A stretch of 60,199 nucleotides of DNA, filler included, from Sphacelaria rigidula (taxonomy: Eukaryota): the NCBI GenBank assembly GCA_964200075.2. It is 8 parts of 8 records of this genome, joined end to end, with 100 filler letters (N's around TTAATTAATTAA, not from the genome) between each part and the next. Parts side by side here need not be neighbours in the genome. Positions count along the whole stretch, not along the records: positions 22,615 to 30,051 come from CAXNAA020014914.1; positions 30,152 to 37,588 come from CAXNAA020014915.1; 6 more parts are not named here. One strand, given 5' to 3'. The first letter of the stretch is position 1. Every line of letters starts with the position of its first letter. The notes below the pieces were generated by a model, which worked only from the letters and a program-made list of their open reading frames with translations, searched no databases and was not told where the DNA came from. The position numbers were made by a program, and so were the translations under genes. Below are positions 24,488 to 37,588 of the stretch, one piece after another.

Positions 24488-27400
24488 GTCCTCTGTGGAG
24501 TATGCAACTCGTACAGCGCGCATCTCTACGAGAGGCTCGGTAGCGAGCTGGGGGAGGATGGCATGACTATGAAGACGGACTTCTGTAACGACTATGTTTC
24601 CGCGTGCAGCGGACAGATCGAGTTCCCGACGTACGGGGACGAAGACTATTGCGAGAAGCACGTGGGCTCTGTGGCGTTTGGAGCTGACGGACAGCTTTGG
24701 TCTTACCCCTACGAACCGCCTGTTATTCGTGAGTTGTGGATCGTTTGAGTGTTCCATTGTTCCCTGTTGGTTTGGAAATAGGTCTCGAAAGTTGACTGTG
24801 GGTGAGTAGTCATTTATGATGGCCCGCTGAACCTCGTATTCGACAAGAATTCTGGGTGGTGCCCACGTCGAGGAAGGGACGGTGTGCCAGGAGCTCCGCG
24901 TCTCAACAGTGCCACGCTGTGCCGGTTGGCGGTGGACAGATGTTTCGATTCCGACGTATCGTGCACCACTCGTCGTTTTGGTGGCTCTCTAGACGTTTCA
25001 TCCCGGGCGTCTTCCTGACAAATTCGTCTGTTTTAGTGGTGGGCATACAGGCAAGACCGCTTCTTGTGGAAAAAACAAATAACAAATATGGCAGATCGCC
25101 TTTTTGGTGCAGCGTCGTTTTACGCCCTAAATTAGAGCTAAGCGGATGTTGCGACCTGCGAATACCTTGCTGTACCCGTTGAGACGGCTCCAGCACACCC
25201 GTGCGTTCTCCCGGTGGCCACAGTTTTTTTCGGCCAAACTTGCATATTTCTCGGAGACGGCTCATTTCTCTCGGAGACCATCCATACCGTCATGTTCGAC
25301 CACGGATTCGGCAGATCGAGCAAATGTGACGGAAATAAAATAAATAAAAGTAATTATCGCTTAGGTTAACGTGTGAATCTTGATAGTGCAAACCGCTGCG
25401 CCCGGGCGGGTCTCACTGGTATACCTCGGCACTACGAGCTGGGCCGGCCGAAAAACCAAGAAACCGTGGACCTACCACAACTTCGTCAGTTTCCCGAATA
25501 AGCCCGATTTCAGCATATCGCAGTGAGCTGCAGACCTACCTGGTACTATACAGTTCCGGCGCTGCTCGATTGGCGCAGTTTGGGCGATGACGGTATTGTA
25601 CTGCATTGAGTACCGGGCATGTTCCATATCGCGGCGCGATATCGTGTTCATATATATATATATATATCTTTTTACACCACGCGGCGGGATCACGATAGTC
25701 AATTTCTCCACTCGGGCACGTGACAACACGATATGAACTGTCGAAAGCGCACCGGTGGTGCTGCCAAATGGCATCGCGCTCGTCAACACCTCCATCATTG
25801 AAGGAGATATCCGAACCGACTGTCATACACAAGGGTAGGGGCACATACAACTTGAAACCATGCTGCACCCACCCTAAAGGCAAGAGCACCTGTACCGTGA
25901 CATAGCTCACCGTTACCGAAACATAGAGACCATTTCCATTTCGAGAGGAAGCACAAGCAAAGGCTCATTAGTGGAGGTTGAGCTGGGAACCCGGGACAAT
26001 AGTGGTCTCTGATCGAGCAATCCTGCAACCGCTACAGCTCAACCGTTCAATATATGAAAAATATCCGACGGTAGCCACGTGATCCGGGGGAGTAAATGAT
26101 GTCGGATTATGCACAACAAGAAGAAAACTGCCAAATTATGGGGGGGGGAGGGGGGGAACTCCCAGCTTTTGGGGGAAATACAATGTCGTGTCGGGATTCG
26201 AACTCGTGAACTGTGAAAGTGGAGGCTCAGTAGGACAACCTGGGTGCAGCGGTGTCACACGAAAAGTTCCACGCGTAGCCCAATTTTACGAGATTTTGCT
26301 GATTTTTCACCAGGATCTTCTGTGCGCAAGTGAGTGCAAGTACTGCGTGATACGATCGTTGTTTTATATTTTTTTGATGGAGTGACGACTTTTGCAATTT
26401 TTTTGCTGAAATTTTGAATAGCCCAAACATTTTCTTATTGTTTGTTCATCTTCATACTCCTCAACGAGTTTCGCGCCTTGATAAAAATGTTGTGTCAAAA
26501 TTTCAGCGCAGAACTCCTCAAACTTAGCGTATCGTCACCTTTCTTCAGCAAAATCAGTATATTGACCGACACAGCTCGTGACTATTTTTGGAAGAATGCG
26601 GGTCCGATTGAGTCGCAGATGCGTGTGGAGTCTACTTCTGAGCGTATCGAAAAACAATTTCGCCTCTGGCGTTTTGATGAAGAGGGAGACGTGAGTTACA
26701 GGGCAAGTTTACTGTAGGGTTTTAGCCCTCTCTACGTCGCTGACCCACTACTCGTGGGTGACTCGAGTAATGAAACCTGCGTGACGGGCGTAAATACCCA
26801 GGACTATTTTTTCGCACTGCACCGCGGTATCGAAATCAACCCCGTCCTTCCTGGGTGTTTATCTGAAGTTGCACCCACGTAATCACAACAGTTGCCATGC
26901 TACTATATCGTACCCCGATGACACACGTGCGTAAAATATTGCAACTACCCTGCAGCGGACGGGGAGTTCCAGTTCTTGTTCGATGAGGAGATGTATGAGG
27001 ACGGCGATCTTCCGCAGGACTCCGTTGACATGCGCATGAGCCCCGATAGCACAAAATGGTGGATCGCCGGTCTCGGGGGCGATATGTTCGAGGTACGATA
27101 TGACAGGGTAACTTCACCGACACGTGATGAATCGTCAAGCGAGGGTACGTTCGGAGATCGTCGGCGCGTCAGGCGGTATATTTATTGAAAGTACTACTGA
27201 TTGGTTTTAGAGAAAATGGGTAACTTGGAGCTGAAAGAGGTCCGATACAGTGGTCACGATTGAAGGATTCCGTCAGAGAACTCAGCAGACATGATGCTCG
27301 TGTGTATTTTCTGCGTTATTTTTCAAGCTCGAGCATAAACTGCGGGCAGATGGAACAAACATGAGCACAGGAGTGAAAATCTGAATGGGTGGGCGCCATG

Positions 27401-29831
27401 TACACAACCATCGGCGTACACAACCCCCGGGGCTTTCTGTGGCTCAATAGGCTTATATTACAATCACTGCAATCTCTCCAAGTCGCGAAATGCCACAGTA
27501 CCGTGTTGGTCATGATCGTGTGCTAGTCGCCATTATTTTGGTTTGTCTGCGGAAAGCTGATGGTCTTGATACCCGAAAGTCGAATACTTTAATGAAGTTG
27601 CAGACACGGCACGCAGCCCAGCAACTTGTTACGATCTTTCGTTCCCTCCGATTCATTCCGCACTCCTCCAGGTTTCTGTCTTGGATCTCGATCAAAGCAC
27701 ATTGGTAATGGATCTGTCCGACAAAAGCGATTTCTTCTACAGATTCGAAGAGGTAAGAATATACTTGGAGCATATGATTCACTACCGGCACTCATTCAGT
27801 GCTGCCTTTTCTCGACCACTTGCCCGCCAGGGTAGACTCGCCCGTTTGATCGACTGCATTTTCACTTGAAAAACGAGCCCCAAACCCAACTGACCCACCC
27901 TGGTTTTCAAAGGGCCAAACCTTTGATGGGGAGATTGCCACGAAAAATAGGGAGGAGGTCACCAAGATCGCCCGCGAATAACTAATTCTGTATATCGTCC
28001 TTCCGTATGTATGCTTCTACAAATTTGAACCCCCATTGCATTGAACAATCAAATACTACTCAGCCGCGGACTGGGCGGTCAGACTGATAACTCCTCTCCG
28101 ACCTGCCCGACATGAAACTCTCGAGGAAACAGGCATGGCTGATGTGGGCAGCATTCTGGGACAATCTTGGAACCCCCACTCCGCTTCTCTCTTGAAAAAA
28201 ATTGCTCTCGCCCCAACGGGAATCAATGGTCTGCCAGCTGAAGACACTGTCCCGAAGCGAGGGTGGTGGTCAAATACTTCCCGTAGCTTGTGTTTTTTGC
28301 TCAGTGCAACACAATTCCACCCCATTGCTTCTCGTCTTGACTGAAACCCTAGGGTCTACTTTCCTTCGCCTTCAGCCCAGAGTTCACGAATAACAATCGC
28401 TTTTACGTCAGCTACTCGGCCGTCAGACAGGTACGGACGAGTGTGTTGCGTTGAAAAAGTAATGTGAGGTTTAATTTGTGAAACGGTGGGAGCGGGGCGA
28501 GTCCACACGGCCGCTCGATCAAGCGTTATTTCTGTGGTTGAAAACCCCATGAAGAATTACGACCACTTTGCCGGTAAAATGGCGTCATGGATGGGGGCTG
28601 GGTTTGACTCAACGGCAGGTGCATTTGATCTTTCGTTCCTCGAAGAGCTTGATGGCCGCTGATGAAAGCGTCACATGAGTTTTGAGCGGATTTGGGTCCA
28701 TCAAAATTGACGCGTTGCGGGGTTGCTGATCTCATGGGCTACTGATATCAAAACCTGAGGCATGCACCGGAGGAGAGAAAAATGAGAAATGTTAATCCGT
28801 CGAGACTGAGGTGGCCCAAGGAGAGCGCGCGCGAGGGGAGGCGGAGGGAGGGGGAGCGTACTCATTTGTTGCTTGCCTTAGTCGTTTGACCATTGACCAC
28901 GCCTCCCTTTCGAGACGGAGCATGGGGGGAGCGGGGGGCATTGAGAGTCTAACAATATATTTGTCGAAATAGCGTGGTTTACGACTGTTGTGCAACGACG
29001 TGCGTGTACCCTTTGCTGTCCACTGCTCCTCGCTGTGTGGTATTCTGTGCTGCAGGCGACGCCGCTGCGTGTCGTCAACCGATTATCGATGTTCGTGCAC
29101 TCCGACTCTCCGGCGGCAACGCTCGCTTCCGAAGAGATAGTCTTGCAGAGCAATGACAGGTTCACCAGGATTCACGCCGGCGGGTGGGTGGGCTTCAAGC
29201 CCTCTGATTACAACAACGGGGTAAGCGCTTGCCTGTTCTACGTGCAGCGAAGGCCGTTAGATTGGAAACTGGAATGCAGCTAGCTCATGCTTGGTCACTA
29301 CACGTCGTCGGCGATGTCCCGCTTTTGTCGTCCCTCTGGAGGCCGCAGTATGACGCCCAATAATGTTCTTGCCGGACTGGGACACCGCGTTTTGAAATTT
29401 CTCGATTCCTGGCTCTCGCCGTCTGTGCTTCACTGCAGCTTCAACCCACCGAGCGTGCACCAACCCGTGGAGACAGCGTCGCGGACTGCCAGACCCCCGG
29501 GCTGTGTCGTGTTCCATGTGTGAACGCTCGATTTTGCACGGCCTTGTCTGAAAAATATCTACCGTCATTCTTGTCATCGTCTCACACCTCCTACACCGTA
29601 AGCTACACGTGCATCCTACACCGTGCGTCATGACTACGTACTGTGTCGTGAACCCTGTGCAGGGATCTGCCCATGATATCTACTGGTCTGCCGGCGACAG
29701 CGGGCCTCAGACGGACTTGGACAACCGGTCGCAGGATCCGACGAACCTCCACGGCACAATGGTCCGTATCACCGTGCCAACGGCCGGTAACGGGTACACC
29801 ATTCCGTCCGGCAATCTCGTTGCCCCAGGAG
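24488..29831 (+). CDS. HHIPL/HIPL1-like protein (folate-receptor-like Cys domain + glucose/sorbosone dehydrogenase beta-propeller), partial. Exons 24488-24728, 26956-27092, 27672-27752, 28353-28430, 29056-29220, 29663-29831
   Basis: All six exons have AG/GT borders and matching phases. The spliced protein contains LCGVCNSYSAHLYE, FEE|GLLSFAFSPEFTNNNRFYVSYS, HAGGWVGFKPSD and IYWSAGDSGPQTDLDNRSQDPTNLHGTMVRITV...YTIPSGN. These parallel the HHIP/GSDH motifs EERGLLG.AFHP.F..N..FYV.Y, HNGG.L.FGPD and LYI..GDGG...DP.N.AQ....LLGK.LRIDV...Y.IP.DN. Confidence 0.9.
26270..26590. repeat. Intronic foldback-like repeat
   Basis: Nested inverted motifs gattttgctga/tcagcaaaatc and gctgaaattttga/tcaaaatttcagc. 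Confidence 0.5.
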
Positions 29832-32329
29832 GTACAATGCCGAGACGGATAGTAAATTTAGTGTGTGAAGAAGTGGAGATACTAAGGCAGTTCGAAGAGA
29901 GTTTCAGGGTGAATTGCGGGGGGTTTTCAAGGTCCCCCCTTGTGGTATTGAATGGGGGGGGGGGGGGGGGGGCCCATTTTTTGTTTTCGGGGGGGGTTTT
30001 CCCTTTGCCCCGCCCCCCCTTTGGGGAGGGGGAAAGGGAAAAAAGGGGGGGNNNNNNNNNNNNNNNNNNNNNNNNNNNNNNNNNNNNNNNNNNNNTTAAT
30101 TAATTAANNNNNNNNNNNNNNNNNNNNNNNNNNNNNNNNNNNNNNNNNNNNCTTATTCACTAATTGACCGCTTTTTACTCTCAATCGTACCTTCAACTCT
30201 CAATTTCACGAAAACATTGTTGAATGGGGTACTGTACGGTAGCTGCATGCACAGCACGTGTGCTCAAGCAAAATATATATATATATATATTTCCTGTTCG
30301 GAACGCTAGATCATCCACACGGAATCTGAAGCTACCCTCTGAATCTCACGAATAGGGTCTTCCGAGCGCATCACGGTGAGAAACCCAATTCAGCAATAAT
30401 ATTTTGGCTTTCGCCTCTTATGTGCGCCTAAGGCTTCGCATAATTTCGATTTTTCCACCTAAATTCTGTGTTTTTAAAGACGCTTATTTTGGGTTGTGGA
30501 AGGCCTAGTGGGAATATCATGCGCATAAATTGCGCATATTGCCTATGCGCCGCCTGCGGCCACTGTGCAGATTCCCTTAGAGGTGTTCCATGTGTCTATG
30601 TGGCACGACAAAACCGCATGTAGACTGAGTCGGATATTGCCATGTTAGAGATTCAGAATCATTCTCTCGTAATAATACCACACGCCTTTCTACGAACATG
30701 TGAACGCAAAAGCACAAGACATTTCTTCAATGAAATTTGTTGGGATCAGGGCCTCCCGTCCAAAAACCAACTAAAAAAATGCGTGTGAGCACGCCACCGT
30801 GGGCAAAAAATGCACCTGAGATGTCTTACCTTCATCAATCTATTGGTCCTAACTTCAATCCCTCGATAATTAAGATCTGGACCGGAATGGCAACCCCCAA
30901 CCCCCCTCCCACTCTGAACGTCCATTAAAAATGATTGCACAATTCAAAGGAAAAGGTAAGTACGTAGCAGACGAGACGAATTAAATGAGTGTATACAGCA
31001 AAGACAACCATAAAGGGGACCGACGGAGTGTCGAAGTCCAGCCAGCACGAGTCAACGTTGAGCACGACGGAAAACACCCACTTCGATCTGTCATCCTCCG
31101 GTGGTGCCGTGGATGATGACATTAATTTTCTCGAGATGATGGGCATAATACTTTCTGTACGATGTAGACTTTATGGTATAAACGTAGTACGATCAGTGCC
31201 ATGGTGTTGCAGCAGGCAAGAGTATTCACGATACAGGCCGTGGATTTTGCGAGCAGTACGACATTACAACTATAGGCTATACTTCGCAAACACGGTACAG
31301 CTGTAGTCTGTACTTGTTATCTTGTACTATTCCATGTCCGAGTACAAGCTGTACTCTGCCAGGTTACAGCACGGGTTGTACTCGCGAGCACAGTAGGTAG
31401 CTGTACTTTGCCAATACAACACAGTACTATACCGTCTTCACATGCAGCTGCACATCCATGGCAGTGGATGCAGATGCAGAGAATATGACTACTAACTACT
31501 GCCTGCACCACGGTACTACACGTGAAGGCTTCACTTTGTTTGCACACATGCGTAACGGGCAGCTGATTAAAAACATGTGGGCTCCCGAGTTTAAAGAAAC
31601 AACGAGGGATCGGTCATGATAAAAGGTGACGGTGGAAACAAGGATCCACCTATATAGGCGAATATAATTTTTGCGACACGTGAATGTAGAACCCATGTAT
31701 AGACAACAATACAGGAACGGCCCTGACCAGTTTTGAGCCCGCAGTCAAGTGCACGCAAAGTCAGTATAGCATGGAACAGTATGTCTTCGACGAACACCTT
31801 TCAGTTTCCGTCGTTGCATGCACGCTGTTGATGTCTCTGCTTTGTGTTTCCCAACAACACTACAGACAGCGCGAAACTATTCTGGCAATGCGCGAACGGC
31901 CAGGTACACCCGAACGGCTGCGAGCGGAGTCTTTACTTTCAAAAACAAATAATGATTGACTTCTTGAGCTCTCCGGCTGTTCGTATAACCTCCCCTGATA
32001 TCTGGAAACCCGCGAATGTTCCTGGACTGTCAGCCGATTAAACTGTCCCGAGGCGGACCACGGTCGCAAAACAGTAAACCTGGAGACAATAGTCGATTTC
32101 AAGATTCAAACCTGTACCGGTTGTTTTCGCTGGGTACGACGGCAAGAAAAAATGTGCCGGTATATGTTGGCCGGCGCTACAGTAAAGCACGGTTACAGCA
32201 GGCTGTGGTAGCACACATTTTCGGTCTTTTTTGACGTCGTGCTCGCCTAGTACAGTACGGCCGTATATTGTGAAATCTACAGGATAACATGTTCGCTTTG
32301 CTACACGACAGCGGTCGTCACACATCTGC

Positions 32330-34411
32330 CCAAACTTGGCGACGAAATATAAGATACTGTACTCACGTGGTTCTCGACACCGATGGAGCACCGGGTTCCT
32401 CTTGGCGTTCTCAACGAGGTTCTTCGACACAGCAAACGCTCTTGTGAAGAAACGATTACACACCAAACCGTCTGAAACATAGATCGACCACATGGTTTTA
32501 CCGGGTTTCTGGTACGGCACGTGCTCTCGTTTGTTTTGGAGTCAAGCCGCCCGTATGCCCACATGATTCGATGCTCCGCTCCGTGGGTTCAACCGAGGTC
32601 GCGAACACGAGGCGACCCGCCTCTGTAATAGGGATAAACGCACTCCCCACACTATTTCCTCTGGTGAGTGAGTGCTTGAGAGTAGGCGATGCCGATACGT
32701 TTATGACAGCATGGGCGGGCTGGTCATGTTTGGACAGCAACGATGAAGTTGGCGTTGTTCCACGTTTAGATCAATCTTTCCGGGACCACAAATCAACATG
32801 CCCTGACCGTCAGAATGTCACGACAAATATCCTGTGAGCCTGAGTGCAAGTGGCCATGTGCACCCGAAGCGTGATCAGAGAATGGGGCACATGTCGACAA
32901 ATATCGGAATATTTAGGTCTTTTCACCTGCCTGACTGGTGGGATTGTTTCAGCGGTATGGCACCTGACACGCGGCAAGTTGGTTACCATTCTACCGAAAG
33001 TGGAGCTCGCTAGAAAGACATCGTTGTACCAGCTGCGAAGTTAGATATTATCGAAGAACATGGCTTATTAGTACTTATGCGAGACTGATATGACCCAAAT
33101 TCGTGGTCGAGTTACGAGTACAGGTGGCTTTGTGGGTAACGTGTACCGATCGTGACCTTCAACTAGCCGCGATATTAGGATGTTCTCGCCGTCCCTCGCT
33201 CTATCTCCCCCCCCCCCCCCACGCCCCACCTCTGCCTTACACAATCCACTGCACCGCCGCCTGCAGCCTGCATCCCACAACAGTGAAGAAGCAGGCGTTG
33301 CTGCTGCCTGCCTGCCTTCGAACAGCTTTAAACGATATCGGCGAGACTCTGTCCCCCCGCAACACGTACGACAAGCTTTACATGTACGTTGGGATCATAA
33401 CGTCGGTCCAAGAGAGGACGGGGAGTGATGCCGTTACGGTGGAGCAAATAGCAAAGGAGTTCACGGACGTGAGTAATGGAACGTGAAAGACGGGGTACTA
33501 CAAAACCAGGTCTGCATTACACGGGGACGGTAGTGGGCATTGGGTGAAGTTTAAATTCGTATTGTACCATATGTGCGCCGCGGATCATTTATGTTAAATC
33601 TCGGCACCGTGTCAAGTCCGCTTGTATTGTTGTAAACTAGTTGCCGGAGGGTTTACGACGCGTGTACTGCGTCTCCCACCCGCTCATACGCCGAGAAACA
33701 ACCTAGTGTGCAGCAAACACGACAGACCTCGACCACGTATGTAATGCTGCACGCACGACGGTCGCAGTGAAGTTGCCGCTCTGGAGCGGGGGGGCGGCGA
33801 TTCGATGTGGGGGCCGGTACCGATATTCTGTTCAGTCGGGAGAAGTTGTGTACGGTACTATGAGTCATTTTGAACTTCCACGGACGCTGAAATGGCCGAC
33901 TTGATTTCACCGCATCTGCTATATGTTTTTCTCCACGGCCCGTTGGTGTCCCCTCGTCACCGAAAACAGCTGGGTTTGAATTCTCTGTCGCTAGTGACGA
34001 TGTGGCACTGGCGAAAGGCCTGCTTCGCCACTACACCGGAAGCAATGAAAGGCATTGCCTGGGTAGTTCAGACGTCGGACCCCGGTATCGAAATGTATTT
34101 CGCTGACGTACCTGAAGAGCAAGGCTTACGGCGATTTACAAGCCAAACCCGCAGCGCAATCGATCGCCGTCAATATGCTCGTAAGGTATGCACCGCCGGT
34201 ACATCCAGTCGCTGGTTGTGATAATCTCGAGTTATCTTCCACTAATTCGCCGCACCGAAGGATGACGAGAGTGTGTCATGTGGTATGTGTCCTGTTTAAT
34301 GGACCGTGAGGACCAATTATCCAGGGTATAACTGCACATGCCCCACCCACCCCCCCCCCCCCCACCGGCACCGCCCCCACCACAGCCACACANNNNNNNN
34401 NNCCCGGGGAC

Positions 34412-34442
<31 letters not shown>

Positions 34443-37400
34443 GCGCGCTCGAAGCGGTCTATTCTCAAAATTGAAGATAGATTTTTTGGTAGAGGACGAA
34501 CCTCGGGAACCTTCATGAGCATCGAAAAGGTTTCGAAATTAAAATACAAAAGCATTCTCCGGCTGTGATGTGCGACCTCACTCATCGTAGCAAACCAAAT
34601 ATAAGATCAACAGTGTTTTGTACCAGAATTACTGGAGGGCGATATCGTTCCGTGTAAACACCGGAGGTCACGAATTGCAGATGGCTGTTTTCGAGGATGA
34701 GCGAGGCCACACATCATAGGCGGAGAGTGCAGATGTGGTTTTATTTCGAATGTATCGCGATGCTTACGGAAGATCCCAAGGACGGTACCCACACAACTTT
34801 CATCGTCGATTTTCGACCGTACCACGACTGACATTCGAGGGCAAACAAGATGACACCCACACCGAAAAATTGGGATCAGATCACCAAAAACGCCCGCATC
34901 GAGCACAACCAGGTGGAGAGAATCGAGAGCGTGGTGCCTCGTCTTGCTTGGACGGACAGGTTTGAGGAGTGAGTGCCGTTAATCTCTAGCCCGGCCGCTG
35001 CCCGAGGTGAGGCGCTCTGTCTATATCGAGACCACGTAAGAATGTGCCGCCGTGTGCGTAAATATCACTGCACACTAGTCGACCTGTCACAGAATGTGAT
35101 GCGACGTGTGGTGCGACGTTTGATGTTTTCGATTACGATTTCTGTGAACAGCGGCGTGCACAAAATGATAGACGGTACGTACGGGTTGGAAGATCTCCAG
35201 CTGTTCGTGGGGGACTATATATCGTCCGTGGACAAGACGATATCAGAGACAGTAGAAAGCCTGCCGGCTGAAGAACAGGAAGGCGATGCCATGAAGGAAT
35301 TCGAGGCGGTCTACAAGGGAAGACTTCCACGGCCCTCGGAGCTGGTGCGTTACTCCCCGTCGATAGTTGAATTTATTCCAGGAAAGCGGAGATATATATT
35401 CGCTGTCGCGAGCTGATCGGTGACCGGCCTCGATGCTCAGGTACGGAAGTCAACAGTATCTTTTCCGGTAGTACTGGTTGAGGAGTGTAAAGCACCACCG
35501 CCTGTATACAGCTGCACAGACTTGCTGCCGATCTTCCCTTATTTTGTATCGTAATTCATACTTGACATACCAGAGATCTTGCCCTCACCGCCGTTCGCAG
35601 ATGACACAAAGAGGGTGTCGTTGCCTCTTCATATCCATGAAGGTTCACCAACAAGGGCGACGTTGTCCTTGGTGTTGGGGTCGAGACTACGCAGCTGCTG
35701 GAGATCGCCCTCCAAGGCGGGCGCCCTATCGAGCTCTTTCCCTCAGATGCCAGTCTCTCCGTCGTGGTGGATGATCGCATGGTGAAGACGTTCCAGAGAG
35801 CATTCTCCTCTGGGCTCTTCAAGGTACAGAGAGCAACACCACGGCTAGGCGGTATATATGCGAACATAAAAGCCGTGTTCCGTGATTGCCGTAGCGGCGG
35901 GTCTTCATGCAGGTGTAAAATGTTTTCGTTTGTAAGAGGTGTCATGAACTCTCACCAAACTTTCGAACTGCCGCCGGGCTCATTTTCACCCTCTATTCTC
36001 GACAATGATCTCGGCGGCGCAGTGTATGTGGGCCCAGGGTTGCTCCCGTCGAAGCTGCCGGCCGACACGACCCCGCCGGCATTGCTGACTCCTGCCGCCG
36101 GTACTTCTGCTGAAGATTGCTGGAGAGGTCATGAAGACCGCCGTGCAGTCGTTCGGATACACAGCGGAGGTGAGAGTGCTTCGGGCGAGACGAACGGTGT
36201 TCATATTGAGGCTTGTTTACTTGCTTCTTGGCCGTTTGAGGGTCGCACAGTGAGGAGAAGGTGGTGATCAGGCTAGCGGGCACGTACGCACCAGTTTTGG
36301 TCTTTTCGCATATTTCTTGACGCATTTGCGAGTCGGATATAGTTTCCCTGTACCATACAAGAGGATACCCTAAACTGTACGGGCCCATCACCTTGCCCGG
36401 ATTTTGGCTTCGTCTCTTCGTATTATATTTTTGGTCAATTTTCGATTGAAATCATATTTTGTCTACATTCGGTGCTTGCTTCGTACAAATGAAAACAAAT
36501 AATCAGGCCCGAAAATGGCGGCACACCCTCCTTTCTAAACTCCAGAAAGGAACAACATTCTAAAAAAACAATGAGCAATAATCACAATCGCGAATCAACC
36601 ACTAGTTTTACGTATTACCGTGTGTTGACCCCACTGCCTTTTTCAGTGTCAAACCTTGCTGGTAAAACCAGCGCTGTTCGGCTCGACAACGGCCCAAACC
36701 TTCTACGAGTGCTTCGAAATAGTAGAATAAGTGCGATGCTTGGGTATATTTCGGCCCATCTCAAGTAAATAACTCGTTATTCTATCTTCACGTCGGCTGA
36801 GTCTGCCCTCTGACTTCGTAACGAACCCATCTGTAAAGCCGTCACAACGACCATTTTACCCAGACAATGTGTTGCCCTTCAGTAACCTAAATTATGGGAC
36901 GGGCGTGTGAAAAGGCCACTACTCGGGGGTCGTCTTGTCACCTCCTGCCCTTCTAGTCGCGACGCGGAGATTTCGAAGGAAACGGGCATGGCATGCCAGA
37001 CAGAATGCGTGTCGCGCTTCGAATCCTTCGTTTGGGATCATGCAGAGTGTGTATCGCTGAGAATCTGAGGGGTGGGGTTTTGTCGCGGGATCTCGTACCA
37101 TTGTTTTCACACGTCTACAGTGAATGCTTGGAGTGTGTTACACATCATTGCTTCCCCTCCTCGCGACGTGACTAGGAACCGCGTCTCGCGCATTCACCTC
37201 CGCCGCGCGTGCAATCCAATTTGGTCACAGTTTTCGAGTCTAGATCAGGTCAACAGGCTGCACGTGATCGCGAAACAAAGCCAAGAGGTCGCCTATCCGG
37301 ACATTCCCGTCTGGGGGAAGTATGAAATAAACGACAGTCCGGAGGACGCCCTTCATTCTATCGACCATGTTGTAGAGGAGCAGTCTATCCACCTTGTTTT

Positions 37401-37588
37401 GGTAGCTACCAACAAACAACTGAGGAAAATGTTGGAGCCTGGCAAGGAGACGTGTAAAGCAAAGGCGGCGTTATACCTAGAAGTGGCGGAGACATTCCCA
37501 TTTTTCTACCTCACGTGGGAAGCAACGGTCGATGATGAGGCCGTCGACATAACGTCGCATTTTCCCCATGTAGGTAGTGGAGACGCTT
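32330..37588 (+). pseudogene. Decayed multi-exon gene of unknown family. Exon-like blocks ~32330-32663, 33284-33468, 33970-34185, ~34912-35035, ~35152-35344, ~35574-35823, 36023-36169, 37231-37588
   Basis: Protein-like translations bounded by cag| and |gt signals, all on the plus strand. In-frame TGA at 32473, 34970, 35602 and 35638, and some phase conflicts. Confidence 0.55.
34470..34820. mobile_element. Second copy of the foldback element seen at 17555-17970
   Basis: Shares agcatcga...tttcgaaatt...ctctccggc...ctcatc and ttttc.aggatgagcgaggc..cacatca...cgatgctta. Confidence 0.68.
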
